Of a DNA stretch of 64,000 bases, positions 63,829-64,000 are shown in pieces. How positions within the stretch are numbered: position 1 is the stretch's first letter; each line of letters opens with the position of its first letter. Location of the stretch: assembly GCF_964355755.1 (NCBI RefSeq), contig NC_092670.1, forward strand, positions 1,168,201 to 1,232,200, read 5' to 3'. A program made the position numbers and the translations under genes. Under the pieces are notes generated by a model. That model saw only the letters and a program-made list of their open reading frames with translations, was not told where the DNA came from and ran no database searches. The stretch is from Antedon mediterranea (taxonomy: Eukaryota; Animalia; Echinodermata).

Positions 63829-64000
63829 GTGAGAATCAATTATATTCACATATTTGAAAACAATCAAAATCCTTACAAGGCGAGGTTTAGAATTTCTTCT
63901 GTGCCTTTTATATATATTGATGAAGGGCTAGTGTTGGCCGAAAGCTCTCCTAATTTTTGTGGCTGTTTTACTTTATAGTTTTGATTTAGCTTTTTGCTTA

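Overview
AT-rich, intron-containing invertebrate animal DNA. The abundant TAGGCCTA/CTAG tracts and the gene structures suggest an echinoderm such as a crinoid, but that is inference only. Gene order: (1) first coding exon of a probable secreted protein (-, 1726-1837) that runs off the left edge through a 71-bp minisatellite; (2) an intronless 865-aa LRR/Ig-like/TM receptor with a tyrosine-motif-rich tail (-); (3) a 3.5-kb foldback transposon with a 7-bp target-site duplication; (4) a TOM1/TOM1L2-family VHS-GAT gene (-, 15 reconstructed exons including 18- and 21-nt microexons, plus a candidate alternative last exon); (5) head-to-head with it, DNAI2, the axonemal dynein intermediate chain 2 (+, 13 coding exons); (6) convergent USH1G/ANKS4B (SANS/HARP)-like gene (-); (7) the 5' part of an SLC8/NCX Na+/Ca2+ exchanger (+) with a candidate 9-nt microexon, running off the right edge. 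The window holds many locus-specific minisatellites. Several copy functional gene signals (a splice donor, a branch point/pyrimidine tract, a stop codon). There are also Kolobok-like and Harbinger-like non-autonomous elements. All exon models were read by eye from GT/AG boundaries and frame continuity, not from transcripts.
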